The notes beneath the pieces are model-generated. The model was not told the origin of the DNA. It saw only the letters and a list, made by a program, of their open reading frames with translations, and ran no database searches. The position numbers and the translations under genes were made by a program. Below, in pieces: positions 26,333 to 35,859 of a stretch of 64,000 bases of DNA; position 1 is the stretch's first letter; every line of letters begins with the position of its first letter. The stretch spans positions 64,001 through 128,000 of IMG/VR virus record IMGVR_UViG_3300018080_000117; one strand, 5' to 3'. Source of the stretch: a virus.

Positions 26333-27326
26333 CGGAAAAAATAAGACTAACAAATCGATCGATCAAAGCGAAGACATCCTTGCTGCAGTTGAGAAGAAGT
26401 ACGGCAAAGGTTCCGTAATGCGAGGGTCAGGGCAAGGGTGCACGATCAAGAAAGCGGACGTGATCTCAACGGGGTCCTCCCTGATTGACGAAGCATTAGT
26501 GATTGGGGGTCTTCCAAGCGGAAGAATCGTTGAAATCTACGGTCCCGAGATGTCGGGCAAAACCACCTTAGCTTTGTGCACCAGTGCCCAAGCGCAAAAG
26601 CAAGGATTTCAGTGTGCTTTTATCGATGCCGAGCACGCACTTTCCCCTGACTTAGTTGAAGGTACGGGGGGAAGCTTCAAAGACTTAGTTATTTCCCAGC
26701 CTGATTATGGTGAGCAGGGGCTTGATATCGCCCTAATGCTTTGCGAGTCTGGGCAGTTTCGAATAATTATCGTTGACTCTGTTGCAGCGCTTACGCCTAA
26801 GGCTGAGATAGAAGGCGATATGGAAGACATGCAAGTCGGTTTGCAAGCTCGAATGATGGGCAAAGGCCTTCGCAAAATCGTAAAGATGGCGTCGTCTACG
26901 AACACCATGGTTATTTTTATCAACCAGCTAAGGATGAAAGTTGGGATGGTGTTTGGATCACCGGAAACGACACCTGGAGGCAAAGCGCTAAAGTTTTTCT
27001 CTAGCGTACGTCTTGACGTAAGACGAATAGGCGCGTTGAAGCAAAAGGATGTGGTGATAGGCAACCGTCTAAAAGTTACAGTTACCAAAAACAAACTAGC
27101 GCCTCCCTTTAGAAAAACGGAAACAAGTTTGTACTTTGGTAAAGGATTTGATCCCGCCACCGAACTTTTTGACTTTGCCTTGGACCAAGGGGTAATTGAA
27201 AAGCGCGGATCGATTTACCTATTTGAAGACGAGAAGATCGAAAAAGGCAAGGACAACGTAATCGAAGCGATCCGCGAAGATAATGTTTTGCGAAAAACAA
27301 TCAAACAAGCGTTACGGGCTAACTAA
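26310..27326 (+). CDS. recA: RecA recombinase
   Basis: GRIVEIYGPEMSGKTT, FIDAEHAL, SQPDYGEQ, VDSVAAL, GLQARMM, INQLRMK, GG.ALKF, KNKLAPPF; start moved to the ATG at 26310. Confidence 0.97.
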   Translation: MKVKKKTSGKNKTNKSIDQSEDILAAVEKKYGKGSVMRGSGQGCTIKKADVISTGSSLIDEALVIGGLPSGRIVEIYGPEMSGKTTLALCTSAQAQKQGFQCAFIDAEHALSPDLVEGTGGSFKDLVISQPDYGEQGLDIALMLCESGQFRIIIVDSVAALTPKAEIEGDMEDMQVGLQARMMGKGLRKIVKMASSTNTMVIFINQLRMKVGMVFGSPETTPGGKALKFFSSVRLDVRRIGALKQKDVVIGNRLKVTVTKNKLAPPFRKTETSLYFGKGFDPATELFDFALDQGVIEKRGSIYLFEDEKIEKGKDNVIEAIREDNVLRKTIKQALRAN

Positions 27327-27344
27327 GTCGGGTATAAACCAATC

Positions 27345-27605
27345 ATGGGAGAAATAAAAAAGACATACCGACTTAGTTTTTCAAAGCATCTTTCTGACCG
27401 CACGCTGCTTACCATAACAGCCGGTACAGAAATTGTAGAAGAAGACGCAGACGCAGACGAACTGGCAGAAAAAGTGCGACGGCAAACCCGACAGGACTTA
27501 GCAAAAGCCGCACAAGCAGATCCGATCGTCAAAGAAATACTGCAGCACGTAAAAAAGCAAATCAAACGAGATAAGAAAATCGAACGTGCTTATGAAGCTG
27601 ACTAA
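27345..27605 (+). CDS. hypothetical protein
   Basis: 86-aa ORF in the operon. Confidence 0.55.
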   Translation: MGEIKKTYRLSFSKHLSDRTLLTITAGTEIVEEDADADELAEKVRRQTRQDLAKAAQADPIVKEILQHVKKQIKRDKKIERAYEAD

Positions 27606-28170
27606 AGACAACAGCCATTTTTCCGATTCGGAATTAGGGGATCTTAGTAAATTGACCTTTAAGGACCGGGTCAAAGTTGCTAAGCAGCATTACAAGGTAG
27701 CTAATCGAGCAACGCCTAACTTCGACGATCTTGTACAACAGCTTCATACGTTGTCTGTAGCGCTACCAGAAAAAGACGAAGTAGACCTTGACGAAATCAA
27801 CAAGCGCTTTGCAATTGTGCAGAGGTATTTTACGGAAGCTTCTAGAATCTCAATGGATGCGATCGCGATCCATACCATGTGGCATCGGCTAAAAATGGAT
27901 GTCCTTGAATTGGTAGAGACACGCAAAAGTTCTTTGTTGTTGCTTCCAAGCATTCAGGGTATGAAGAACGTCGCTTCACAAAACGCCGCTGTACGAACAA
28001 AGATTGAAAGGCTTTTGTCTTTCGAACACGTAGTCAAAACTAAAGAAGCTGAGGCAAAGGCGTTTGTTCAAATAGCAGAGGGTAAGAAAAAAGATCTTAG
28101 CAACACAATGACTAACCTTAGCCGCATGTTCAAAGTTTTGAAACTTGAACATGGAGTCACCAACTACTAG
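27592..28170 (+). CDS. coiled-coil protein, possible UvsY-like recombination mediator
   Basis: All-helical ORF between recA and the SSB-like gene; function inferred from position only. Confidence 0.45.
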   Translation: MKLTKDNSHFSDSELGDLSKLTFKDRVKVAKQHYKVANRATPNFDDLVQQLHTLSVALPEKDEVDLDEINKRFAIVQRYFTEASRISMDAIAIHTMWHRLKMDVLELVETRKSSLLLLPSIQGMKNVASQNAAVRTKIERLLSFEHVVKTKEAEAKAFVQIAEGKKKDLSNTMTNLSRMFKVLKLEHGVTNY

Positions 28171-28180
28171 GAGGCTTTAC

Positions 28181-28912
28181 GTGAGAATCAAAAAAGACAA
28201 CTCCAGCAATCCTTACATGGTAGACGAAGACGTTTACAAAGGTGTTGTTAGCAACATCGAAAAAAAGAAAGGCAACCGGGGGTACTTTCTTGCTTGGGAT
28301 TTCAAACTGAAAAACGCACGCCGCGATGGAAAGAAGGTTCCGAAGGAAGAGGAAGTAACGGTGTCTGGGCTAACGCCAGTGCACCTGAGCGATGGAAGTA
28401 AGCTTGACAAATTCCTCAAAGCTTGCGGGGTCGACACAGACGACGGAGAAGTTGCAGACCTTGATGATGCCTTGGGCGAAGAAGTACGGGTCGTCATCGA
28501 ACACCAAAAGGGCAAAGATAACACCGTCTACTCTCGTGTAACCAAATTGTTGCCGATCGACAGCGATGATGAGGATGACGAAGAAGAGGAAAAACCCAAG
28601 AAGAAAAAGAAGGTGAAAAAGTCTTCCACGAAAGGCAAGGGAAAGAAGAAGGAGCCTAAACCCGAAGACGAAGACGACGATGAAGATGACGAAGAGGAAG
28701 AAGTAGAGGACGAAGACGAAGAAGAGGAAGAAGAAAAGCCCAAAAAGAAAAGGGGTCGTCCCAAGGGCAGCAAAACGAAGAAGGCCACAAAAACTTCAAA
28801 AAAGACGCCCAAAAAGAAAAAGAAGGAAGAGCCCGAAGAAGACGAAGAGGAAGATGACGAAGACCTAGAAGACCTTTTCGACTTCGATGACGATGATGAT
28901 GATGAGGATTAA
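28181..28912 (+). CDS. putative single-stranded DNA-binding protein (OB-fold-like) with a long acidic/basic tail
   Basis: GTG start after AGGAGG; beta-rich N-domain (YKGVVSNIEKK...YFLAWDF...LGEEVRVVIEH...YSRV); ends DLFDFDDDDDDED. Confidence 0.7.
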   Translation: MRIKKDNSSNPYMVDEDVYKGVVSNIEKKKGNRGYFLAWDFKLKNARRDGKKVPKEEEVTVSGLTPVHLSDGSKLDKFLKACGVDTDDGEVADLDDALGEEVRVVIEHQKGKDNTVYSRVTKLLPIDSDDEDDEEEEKPKKKKKVKKSSTKGKGKKKEPKPEDEDDDEDDEEEEVEDEDEEEEEEKPKKKRGRPKGSKTKKATKTSKKTPKKKKKEEPEEDEEEDDEDLEDLFDFDDDDDDED

Positions 28913-28914
28913 TT

Positions 28915-29235
28915 ATGTCTCGTAAAGCAAAACAACCGGCCACGAAGACAAAGCAAAACACCTCTGCAAACGAGGTTCAAAAAAATGTCGGAGACGTTCA
29001 GTTTTGGGGTGAGCCCGACACATTTGAACTTATTTGCAAGGCGTGGAGCGAAAAAGAAGGTTGGATGAAATCGACCAAGGCGATGGAGGTTGTAGGCCTC
29101 GGGTGCGTCGTGCAGGTTACTACGCAACAAGGAGATCAGATTGCAGAAGCCCTGACTTTTGTTCCTGGTGCTACAATCTGCCGTCTGAAAAATGAGTCTG
29201 ACGAAGTCATCGAACGTACGCTAGTCGCTCTGTAA
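28915..29235 (+). CDS. conserved phage hypothetical protein
   Basis: LICKAWSEKEGWMKSTKAM...GCVVQVTTQQ...AEALTFVPG motif, which I recall from other phages. Confidence 0.65.
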   Translation: MSRKAKQPATKTKQNTSANEVQKNVGDVQFWGEPDTFELICKAWSEKEGWMKSTKAMEVVGLGCVVQVTTQQGDQIAEALTFVPGATICRLKNESDEVIERTLVAL

Positions 29236-29240
29236 TTCCA

Positions 29241-30263
29241 ATGTCCCGCCTGATCCACAGCGCCGATTGGCATCTTGGCGCACCTAATCAACCAGACTGT
29301 TTTGGACATGCGTCTGCTAAGTTATTGGTAGACGCATGTCTTGAAAAGTCTGTATTTACACTCCTTATCGCGGGTGACGTGTTTGATAAGCACAACCCGT
29401 CTCAGCAAGACAAAGACAAACTCTTGCAACTAATCTTAGACAACCCAAAGATTAATTTTGTTTTTACAGTGGGCAACCACGATTACTTAGATAAGGCTCG
29501 AAGCTACCACACCTTAGTTTACTTGGATTTGCTAAGTAAGCACTTCAGCAATCTCTACGTTTTAGACGAGGGGTTGCACGAGGTTTGTGGTGTGACATTT
29601 TTGGTTCTGTCCGATGACCTGTTTACATGGGGCACAATAAAAGCTCCTGGTGCGGTTGCTGTCTGGCACGGCACCGTACCAGGGGTTATCCTTGGAGACC
29701 CTGTAGAAGGCAAGCAAGCCGTTCAGAAGCTGCTTTCTAGAAGCGAAGTCTCTTATGTGGCTCTCGGCGACATTCATAAGCAGCGGTCGGTGTTTCATGA
29801 CAGGTGCTGGTATTGTGGGTCGTTGTACCCGAAGACCTATTCCTGCGAAGATGGGTTTATTTATTTCGACGGCGAAAAACCGATTTCATGCAAGCTAGAC
29901 CAGCCCAAAAGAATTACCCAACAGGTTGATTTTGCAAAAGAAGAAATTGGTGAACTAACCAAAGAACTAAAGAAAATTCCCCAGGGCAACTTACTAAGGT
30001 TGAAAACCAACCTTCCACAGGCCACGTTGGCTGAATGCCGAAACGAGCTTGTAGGACTTCTCGAAGATCATTTTTTGGAAGTCAAAATCGACAACACCCC
30101 TGCAATAGATACCCAACGGCGTGAAGAGGCCTCCAAGGCAAACAAAGACATTGATGTGGTTAAGGCCCTTGCAAAAAAGTATGCTGAAGATGCCAACCCC
30201 AAAACTGTCCACAAACTTTGTATGCGGTATCTAACGGAGGCATCTGTTGAGACCATTGATTAG
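29241..30263 (+). CDS. Mre11/SbcD-like metallophosphoesterase nuclease
   Basis: SADWHLG, AGDVFD, GNHD, WHG, LGDIHK, YCGS. Confidence 0.9.
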   Translation: MSRLIHSADWHLGAPNQPDCFGHASAKLLVDACLEKSVFTLLIAGDVFDKHNPSQQDKDKLLQLILDNPKINFVFTVGNHDYLDKARSYHTLVYLDLLSKHFSNLYVLDEGLHEVCGVTFLVLSDDLFTWGTIKAPGAVAVWHGTVPGVILGDPVEGKQAVQKLLSRSEVSYVALGDIHKQRSVFHDRCWYCGSLYPKTYSCEDGFIYFDGEKPISCKLDQPKRITQQVDFAKEEIGELTKELKKIPQGNLLRLKTNLPQATLAECRNELVGLLEDHFLEVKIDNTPAIDTQRREEASKANKDIDVVKALAKKYAEDANPKTVHKLCMRYLTEASVETID

Positions 30264-31047
30264 TTACTATGGTGGTAAGCAGAGAGTTGCTCAACGCATT
30301 GTTGACGTGATCTGTACCATTCCCCATTCCGTTTATTGTGAACCTTTTTTTGGTGGTGGTGCTGTATTGTTCAAAAAAGGATTCCCCGCAGTCAGTAACA
30401 CTAGTCACTACCGAGAAGTCATAAACGATCATTCTGAACAACTAATGACCATGTACCAATATGCAAGATCTCATCCTGAAGAGTTCGAAAGATTGATTAG
30501 AGCAACGCCTTACTCTAGAAGTGATCATGAATTGTCTAAACGCATCCTGAAAAGCAAAAAAGCTTCCAAAAAAGCAATTGCTTGGGCATACTATTACAAA
30601 ATCCAAACAAGTTTTGGTAATATCTTACACGGCGGGTGGGGAACAAGTGTTCTTGGCAGAAATTTTGCAGCAACCTTTATAACAAAATCAGAAAACCTGA
30701 AACAATGCTTACAACGTCTTTCTGCAGTTTGCATCGACTGCCAAGACTATCAAAAAGTGACTGATCGTTGGGATAGTCCTCAAACATTGTTTTACCTTGA
30801 TCCACCTTACCCAGGAACAGACCAAGGTGATTATTCTGGCTATACGGAAGAAGATCATGCAAGGCTGTGTGATCTACTGGATAACTGTCAAGGTAGTTAC
30901 ATTCTAAGCAACTACTTTCAAAAACATGAGCCTAAGTCGGCTCAAATCAAGAAGTCGTTTGATACATATTGTTACGCAAGTGCAAAGGGTAAAACAGGGA
31001 AGGGCAGAGACAAGACCAGAACATCAACAAAAAAAACTAGGGAATAG
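30247..31047 (+). CDS. DNA adenine methyltransferase (Dam/D12-like), apparently frameshifted near the C-terminus
   Basis: SYYGGKQ, EPFFGGGAV, IND, LDPPY; the terminal EILW strand lies in the +1 frame. Confidence 0.88.
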   Translation: MRPLISYYGGKQRVAQRIVDVICTIPHSVYCEPFFGGGAVLFKKGFPAVSNTSHYREVINDHSEQLMTMYQYARSHPEEFERLIRATPYSRSDHELSKRILKSKKASKKAIAWAYYYKIQTSFGNILHGGWGTSVLGRNFAATFITKSENLKQCLQRLSAVCIDCQDYQKVTDRWDSPQTLFYLDPPYPGTDQGDYSGYTEEDHARLCDLLDNCQGSYILSNYFQKHEPKSAQIKKSFDTYCYASAKGKTGKGRDKTRTSTKKTRE

Positions 31048-31255
31048 AAAGCGACAAGAAATTCTTTGGATTTGCGATCGAAGTAAGAAGGCTAGAAAAA
31101 GCTTACATCCGGTTATGCAAAAGAACCTAGAACTTCTTAGATCCAGAACCCTCAAGTATGAACTTCCTGATCCGGTAGAAATCATTTGTGAAGCATTTGC
31201 AAAAACTAACGCAAAGGTAAGAAAACCTTATCGAACGTTTGGACGTTGTGACTAG
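31022..31255 (+). pseudogene. out-of-frame C-terminal segment of the methyltransferase
   Basis: The +1 frame after the A8 run (31029-31036) reads KKLGNRKRQEILWICDRSK..., and stops 8 nt before the Rad50-like gene. Confidence 0.6.
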
Positions 31256-31263
31256 GGAGCATA

Positions 31264-33153
31264 ATGCCGACCCTGCTTCGACTACTAAGCCTCGAACTTG
31301 ACAATTGGTTGAGTTACCAAAAAGAAAAAATAGATCTTACAAGAAGGGGATTTGTTAGTCTTCAAGGCTCCACGGGTGCAGGGAAAAGCTCGATGTTCGA
31401 AGCTGTAAATTACTTATTGACGGGTAAGCTAACCCGCAAACCAAAACATCTTTCGCAGTTAGCCAACAACCAAAACAGAGCGATCCGAGGCTACCGAATA
31501 AAATTGGTGCTAGAGTTTAAGGGGGAACACTATTCAATCCAAGAAGTCAGAGATCGCGTCAACGCTGGGTTTTCGTTCGGACGGCACGAGTACCTAGAAA
31601 ACGGTAGCAAGGTTATTCACGACCTTAGAGGCAAGTCTGCCGCAGAGACCCGCAAGAACATTTTTAGAACTTTTCAAATAAGCCCTAACGACGTCGCAAC
31701 ATGCCTTTGGATGCAAGGATCTAGTCGGTCCTTAATAGTAGGAACCAGCGACACCCGTGCAAAAGAACTAATTCGGTTGCTCGATTTGGAACGTTACTTG
31801 ATTGCGTTGGCTAAAGCTACCCAAGAAAAAAAAGAGGTCAGCAGGAAAGTAGAAAAATTTAGCCAGCGCAGTCAAGAGATCAAGGCCACTCTCAAAGATC
31901 TCCCAAAAAATATCAAGGAGCAAGATCTAGAAGAGATCAAGCAGGCGCTAGCAAGAACAGAACTTAGGAGTCGAGCGGTAAAAAAGGGGATACGTGTTAT
32001 TGAGCAGCGGATTGCTGAACTGAAAAGGGTGGAAAAAACACGCACCGCCTTACATGTGGATCTGCCTAAGTCACGCCCAGGACAATCACAGAGCTTCTAC
32101 AGCGCAAAGGTCGAAAAACTTAGGCTAGGACTAGGAAAGACCAGACACGAGCTTAGAACGGCTCAAAACGGCTTAATTCGGGCAAACCAACAAGACAACA
32201 TTTGCCCCATATCGAAAGAACTATGCGAGGTCAACGTACCTCTTCGACTAGCGAATAAGGTGAAGCAAAGGTGCTCGAAGAGAATTGCTAAACTCGAATC
32301 GGTGGAGAGCAAGGCCAAAAAACTTATCTCGTTGACAGAATTAAAGGAACAAGCAGCAAGGAAGTTTGAAAGCTTCGACAAGCTTAGAAAGCAATTAGAC
32401 CTAAACGACGCACCAAGTTTAGACGAGATCGAGGAAGAAAAGAAAAAGCTCAACAAACAACTAGCGAAGTGGGAAGACGAGCAAGACCGTCTTGAAGAAG
32501 TTTGGCAGGCACTGGTCAAAAAACGAGTTGAAGCACAAAGTGCAAAAAAGATTGCTAGGATCAGAAAAAAGAAAGTTAGGCGACTAAAGAAGACAACACG
32601 TCAGTTGACTAAAGCGAAGACAACAGTCGCTTTGATTGACAAAGCCACTGATATTCTAAAGTCTTTGCAGTACCAACGCCTCGAAACAAACCTTGCCTAC
32701 CTCAACAAAAAGCTACAAGAGAACCTACAAAAAATTAGCTCAAAAAAACTATCTGCTGAATTAGTTACTACAAGACTAGACGCCAAACAAAAGAATCTGC
32801 TAGATTACGTAGACATACTAGTTAGCACGGGGGAGTTACAAATCCCTTTGGGTCTTTGCTCTGGCGGTGAAAAGATCCAAGTCGAGATTGCTCTAACCCT
32901 TGCGATTATTGAAACAGCACACGCTTTGACCGATAAAACGCTACTGTCCAGCTTATGGATGGATGAGGTTTTCGGGCCCGTCTCTGAAGATGTTGTTGAC
33001 AATGTAACTAAGACTTGGCGACAGTTGGTGGATCGCTTAGGTTTTGAGACCGTTGTTGTAGTCAGCCATCGTTCGCTTGCAGCCAATATTTTCGACGAGT
33101 TTTGGGCAGTAGAGCGTACCAATAAAGGCAGTCAGCTTATTTTGCGAGCATAG
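31264..33153 (+). CDS. Rad50/SbcC-like SMC ATPase
   Basis: NWLSY, GSTGAGKS, Q-loop WMQG, coiled coils, CPISKELC hook, CSGGE signature, LWMDEVF, VSH. Confidence 0.92.
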   Translation: MPTLLRLLSLELDNWLSYQKEKIDLTRRGFVSLQGSTGAGKSSMFEAVNYLLTGKLTRKPKHLSQLANNQNRAIRGYRIKLVLEFKGEHYSIQEVRDRVNAGFSFGRHEYLENGSKVIHDLRGKSAAETRKNIFRTFQISPNDVATCLWMQGSSRSLIVGTSDTRAKELIRLLDLERYLIALAKATQEKKEVSRKVEKFSQRSQEIKATLKDLPKNIKEQDLEEIKQALARTELRSRAVKKGIRVIEQRIAELKRVEKTRTALHVDLPKSRPGQSQSFYSAKVEKLRLGLGKTRHELRTAQNGLIRANQQDNICPISKELCEVNVPLRLANKVKQRCSKRIAKLESVESKAKKLISLTELKEQAARKFESFDKLRKQLDLNDAPSLDEIEEEKKKLNKQLAKWEDEQDRLEEVWQALVKKRVEAQSAKKIARIRKKKVRRLKKTTRQLTKAKTTVALIDKATDILKSLQYQRLETNLAYLNKKLQENLQKISSKKLSAELVTTRLDAKQKNLLDYVDILVSTGELQIPLGLCSGGEKIQVEIALTLAIIETAHALTDKTLLSSLWMDEVFGPVSEDVVDNVTKTWRQLVDRLGFETVVVVSHRSLAANIFDEFWAVERTNKGSQLILRA

Positions 33154-33155
33154 CC

Positions 33156-33428
33156 TTGTTTAGAGACGTTTGCATCGATAATCGCAATCACCTACCTGTT
33201 TACCCTTGCGGGAGAGATGACTGCTCTTGGCACATCCTAGAACTTAGCCTCAACAATTGCTTTTGGTTGTTGGCAGACATTTTCCACAACAATCCTGGGA
33301 TGGGTGGTTTGACCCTAGCTGAGATAGCAGCGTTCGAAAAGATTAGCGAAGACGAGGTAAAACAGGTAATAGAACAGGCAAAAACTAAGCTAAGACAATC
33401 TTGCGGAGTCAAGTTTCTTGGACTATGA
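33156..33428 (+). CDS. Cys-rich protein with a sigma-70 region-4-like HTH
   Basis: C..PC...C.W...NNCF followed by LTLAEIAAFEKISEDEVKQVIEQAKTKL. Confidence 0.7.
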   Translation: MFRDVCIDNRNHLPVYPCGRDDCSWHILELSLNNCFWLLADIFHNNPGMGGLTLAEIAAFEKISEDEVKQVIEQAKTKLRQSCGVKFLGL

Positions 33429-33475
33429 TTCGCGACAAACGGTAGTTAACCTACACTACTGCGGGTGCTTATACT

Positions 33476-33961
33476 ATGATTAGGACAATTTTATCCGATC
33501 CTATTGAAAAAGCGATACTTATTAGGGTATGCAAGTTACGCGAAGAAAATTTTCTGCTAAACCGTTGGGTCCGATATGGGGACGAAAACCCGACGTGCGC
33601 CGTTTGCGGCAAGCCTATCAAATCCTTAAGCACGTTACGAAGATTACGCCCGTACCGGTGGGATTGTCGAGAATGCTACACGTACAAGCCCACAAAAATT
33701 ATCAACCTCGAAATGCAGTTTGGAATGGACATTGTTGAAATTCTCAAACAGACTTCGAGGCAGTACGGAAAAGTTAGGTCACAGTGTGAGGCTTTGGGAC
33801 TTTCCATCCCTCACCTGTACGCAACGATCAGAAAGTACTGTGGGGATTCTTTAGAGTTTTTGGTCCACAACACAACTGGCGAGCGCCACGCGGAGTATCT
33901 AGAAAAATGGAAAGAACGCCGAGAAAAGATAAGTCGTGGCAAAAAGAAGCAACCTGGTTAG
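33476..33961 (+). CDS. Zn-finger/HTH protein
   Basis: CAVC...CREC and an HTH-like CEALGLSIPHLYATIRK. Confidence 0.6.
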   Translation: MIRTILSDPIEKAILIRVCKLREENFLLNRWVRYGDENPTCAVCGKPIKSLSTLRRLRPYRWDCRECYTYKPTKIINLEMQFGMDIVEILKQTSRQYGKVRSQCEALGLSIPHLYATIRKYCGDSLEFLVHNTTGERHAEYLEKWKERREKISRGKKKQPG

Positions 33962-34157
33962 GATACAACAACTCCTACACTAAAAACATAGTCCGCACTG
34001 GCCTCAAAGCCCTCAAACTCCTCGCTACCCTAACCTTTGACATGGAACTCGTTATTGTAACGAATGAGTTAAAGCGCTTGCTTGAAAAGCGCATCGCAGA
34101 AGCCGAACGTGAGCAGCAAAAGATCGACCAAAGAAAGTTTCATTAGGAGGCGTCGAA

Positions 34158-34904
34158 ATGCTTAAAGGACTGGAAAAAATGCGCAGAGTGGCTAACCACA
34201 ACAAAGATCGGCTAGAGAAATCTGTTACCTCAACCCTGTCGAAGTATTTGTCCGAGAAGAAGTACCGTGCGGATCTGAAGTACGTGCAGCGAGCTAAGGT
34301 TGCTTCCACCGGGTACCAAAAAGTCGAAGTTGCTTACAACAAGGAATTCGGATTTCCCACAGAATCGGATCTCATGGCTTTGGTAGGCGAGCACGCAGAA
34401 GGCATGGAGATCGATTGGCCCCAGGTTGTTGTAGATACTGACGCCGGTCTGGTCAACCTTTCCCTGCGCCCCAGTCAAAACATTATCCCCGTCGCCAGCG
34501 CCAGAGAAATTCCCCCAGACTTCCAGCCGATCGGAACCGCGCTGTACCGGCGCAAAGTCGACGCCTCGGGTAACGTGGCTGAGATCTGGGAGTTGCGAAC
34601 GACTGAAGGCGGTTTGCAACTCGTACGCAACACCAACGACATGCACGTGGTAGAGCAAGCCAGCGAAGAATTGAAGGTGGGCGACGCCGTTTCGACACCA
34701 GACGGCGTAGGGCGCATCAAGCGCTTCGATGAGGTTGGCAACGCGGTAGTGGCCTTCGGTGACCGCAACCGGCTCGTGGCCGCTGACAGCATGGAACGGT
34801 ACGACGTAAACAAAGAGCGCAAGAAGCTCGAAGAGTACTACGCTGAGGTTTATGGCGACCCCGCGTTTGCCAAAGAACTCACTGAAAAAATGAGCGGCGA
34901 GTAA
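34158..34904 (+). CDS. hypothetical protein, candidate head/internal virion protein with an SH3-like domain
   Basis: AGGAGG RBS; LKVGDAVSTPDGVGRI KOW/SH3-like motif. Confidence 0.6.
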   Translation: MLKGLEKMRRVANHNKDRLEKSVTSTLSKYLSEKKYRADLKYVQRAKVASTGYQKVEVAYNKEFGFPTESDLMALVGEHAEGMEIDWPQVVVDTDAGLVNLSLRPSQNIIPVASAREIPPDFQPIGTALYRRKVDASGNVAEIWELRTTEGGLQLVRNTNDMHVVEQASEELKVGDAVSTPDGVGRIKRFDEVGNAVVAFGDRNRLVAADSMERYDVNKERKKLEEYYAEVYGDPAFAKELTEKMSGE

Positions 34905-34915
34905 GAGGTTACCAA

Positions 34916-35362
34916 ATGATTAGCTGCCAAGACTTTGCTTATCTTGCCAAGGACCGCTCGCCAAGGCTAAAAGTCTTTGCGAAGCGAGTGGCCCAAAAAC
35001 AACCTACAGGAAAAATAACTACCGCAATACTCGACGAGCTAATCAAAGTAGCCAAGATGACCCAACAAAAGGATGACGTTACTTGGCTGCAGTCTTTGAA
35101 ACAAATGATTACGTCAGGTCGGTTAGAACGTATCGCTGCGGGTGAGCAAACGTGGAATGAACACTCCGCAGAAGTTAGACACCTCGTCAAGGCGAAAAAG
35201 ATCCCCTTCCAGATACAAGACATGGTCATGCTAAAAGGCAAAGACCGCGTCGGTAAAGTCGTTGACTATTTAGTTGACGAAGACATGTATCTCGTTGCCC
35301 TGGACCCGTTTCAGATTATGAAGGTTACCCCCAGCGATTTGGAAAACGTGAAAATGCCATGA
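34916..35362 (+). CDS. hypothetical protein with a C-terminal SH3-like domain
   Basis: FQIQDMVMLKGKDRVGKVVDY. Confidence 0.55.
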   Translation: MISCQDFAYLAKDRSPRLKVFAKRVAQKQPTGKITTAILDELIKVAKMTQQKDDVTWLQSLKQMITSGRLERIAAGEQTWNEHSAEVRHLVKAKKIPFQIQDMVMLKGKDRVGKVVDYLVDEDMYLVALDPFQIMKVTPSDLENVKMP

Positions 35363-35859
35363 GACGAGAACTGTACGACGATCGCATTCTAACGGCAGAG
35401 GCAAGCCACAACGAGAAGGTAAAGTGGATTGCCTACGAAGCCACAGAATTTTTGCGAGACTTTCTCGACGAGGCGGACGTCGTTGCAGAGGTATTTCCAG
35501 GAACACTTAGAGGATTTGATCGCGGCAACTACTTAGGAGAAGCGACAGTTGAAGTTTTTGCAGAAGTCGCTGGTGCCTACAAAAAAAGGGTATCGTTTTT
35601 TGTCCCTATTCGAAGAGGGGTTGTGTACTCCCCCTCGATTATGAATCTGGGAAATCAAAAAGCAACGGTATCGATGGAAAGCTTAGCTTCTTTGCACGTT
35701 GAGCCTAAGGTACGTCCTAGCTTCAAAAACATGTTCCGCGACAGTCAATCCGGCAGAAATAACGTAAGGCAATCTCCGCTACCGCTTTACGATATCCCAG
35801 GAGACAGCAGCGCAAAACCAAACTCTACAGTGTTTGAGAATTACCACTGGAGATACTAA
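35359..35859 (+). CDS. hypothetical protein
   Basis: 166-aa ORF, translationally coupled. Confidence 0.6.
   Translation: MRRELYDDRILTAEASHNEKVKWIAYEATEFLRDFLDEADVVAEVFPGTLRGFDRGNYLGEATVEVFAEVAGAYKKRVSFFVPIRRGVVYSPSIMNLGNQKATVSMESLASLHVEPKVRPSFKNMFRDSQSGRNNVRQSPLPLYDIPGDSSAKPNSTVFENYHWRY

Noticed and set aside
18216-27326. Inteins or group I introns in helicases, polymerase or RecA
   Set aside because: Protein lengths and motif spacing are normal; no intein splice-junction (C...HN) or LAGLIDADG/HNH insert is evident.
33907-34146. 79-aa ORF overlapping 33476..33961
   Set aside because: Large overlap and no clear RBS; at most a ~34-aa peptide from the ATG at 34042, so not called.
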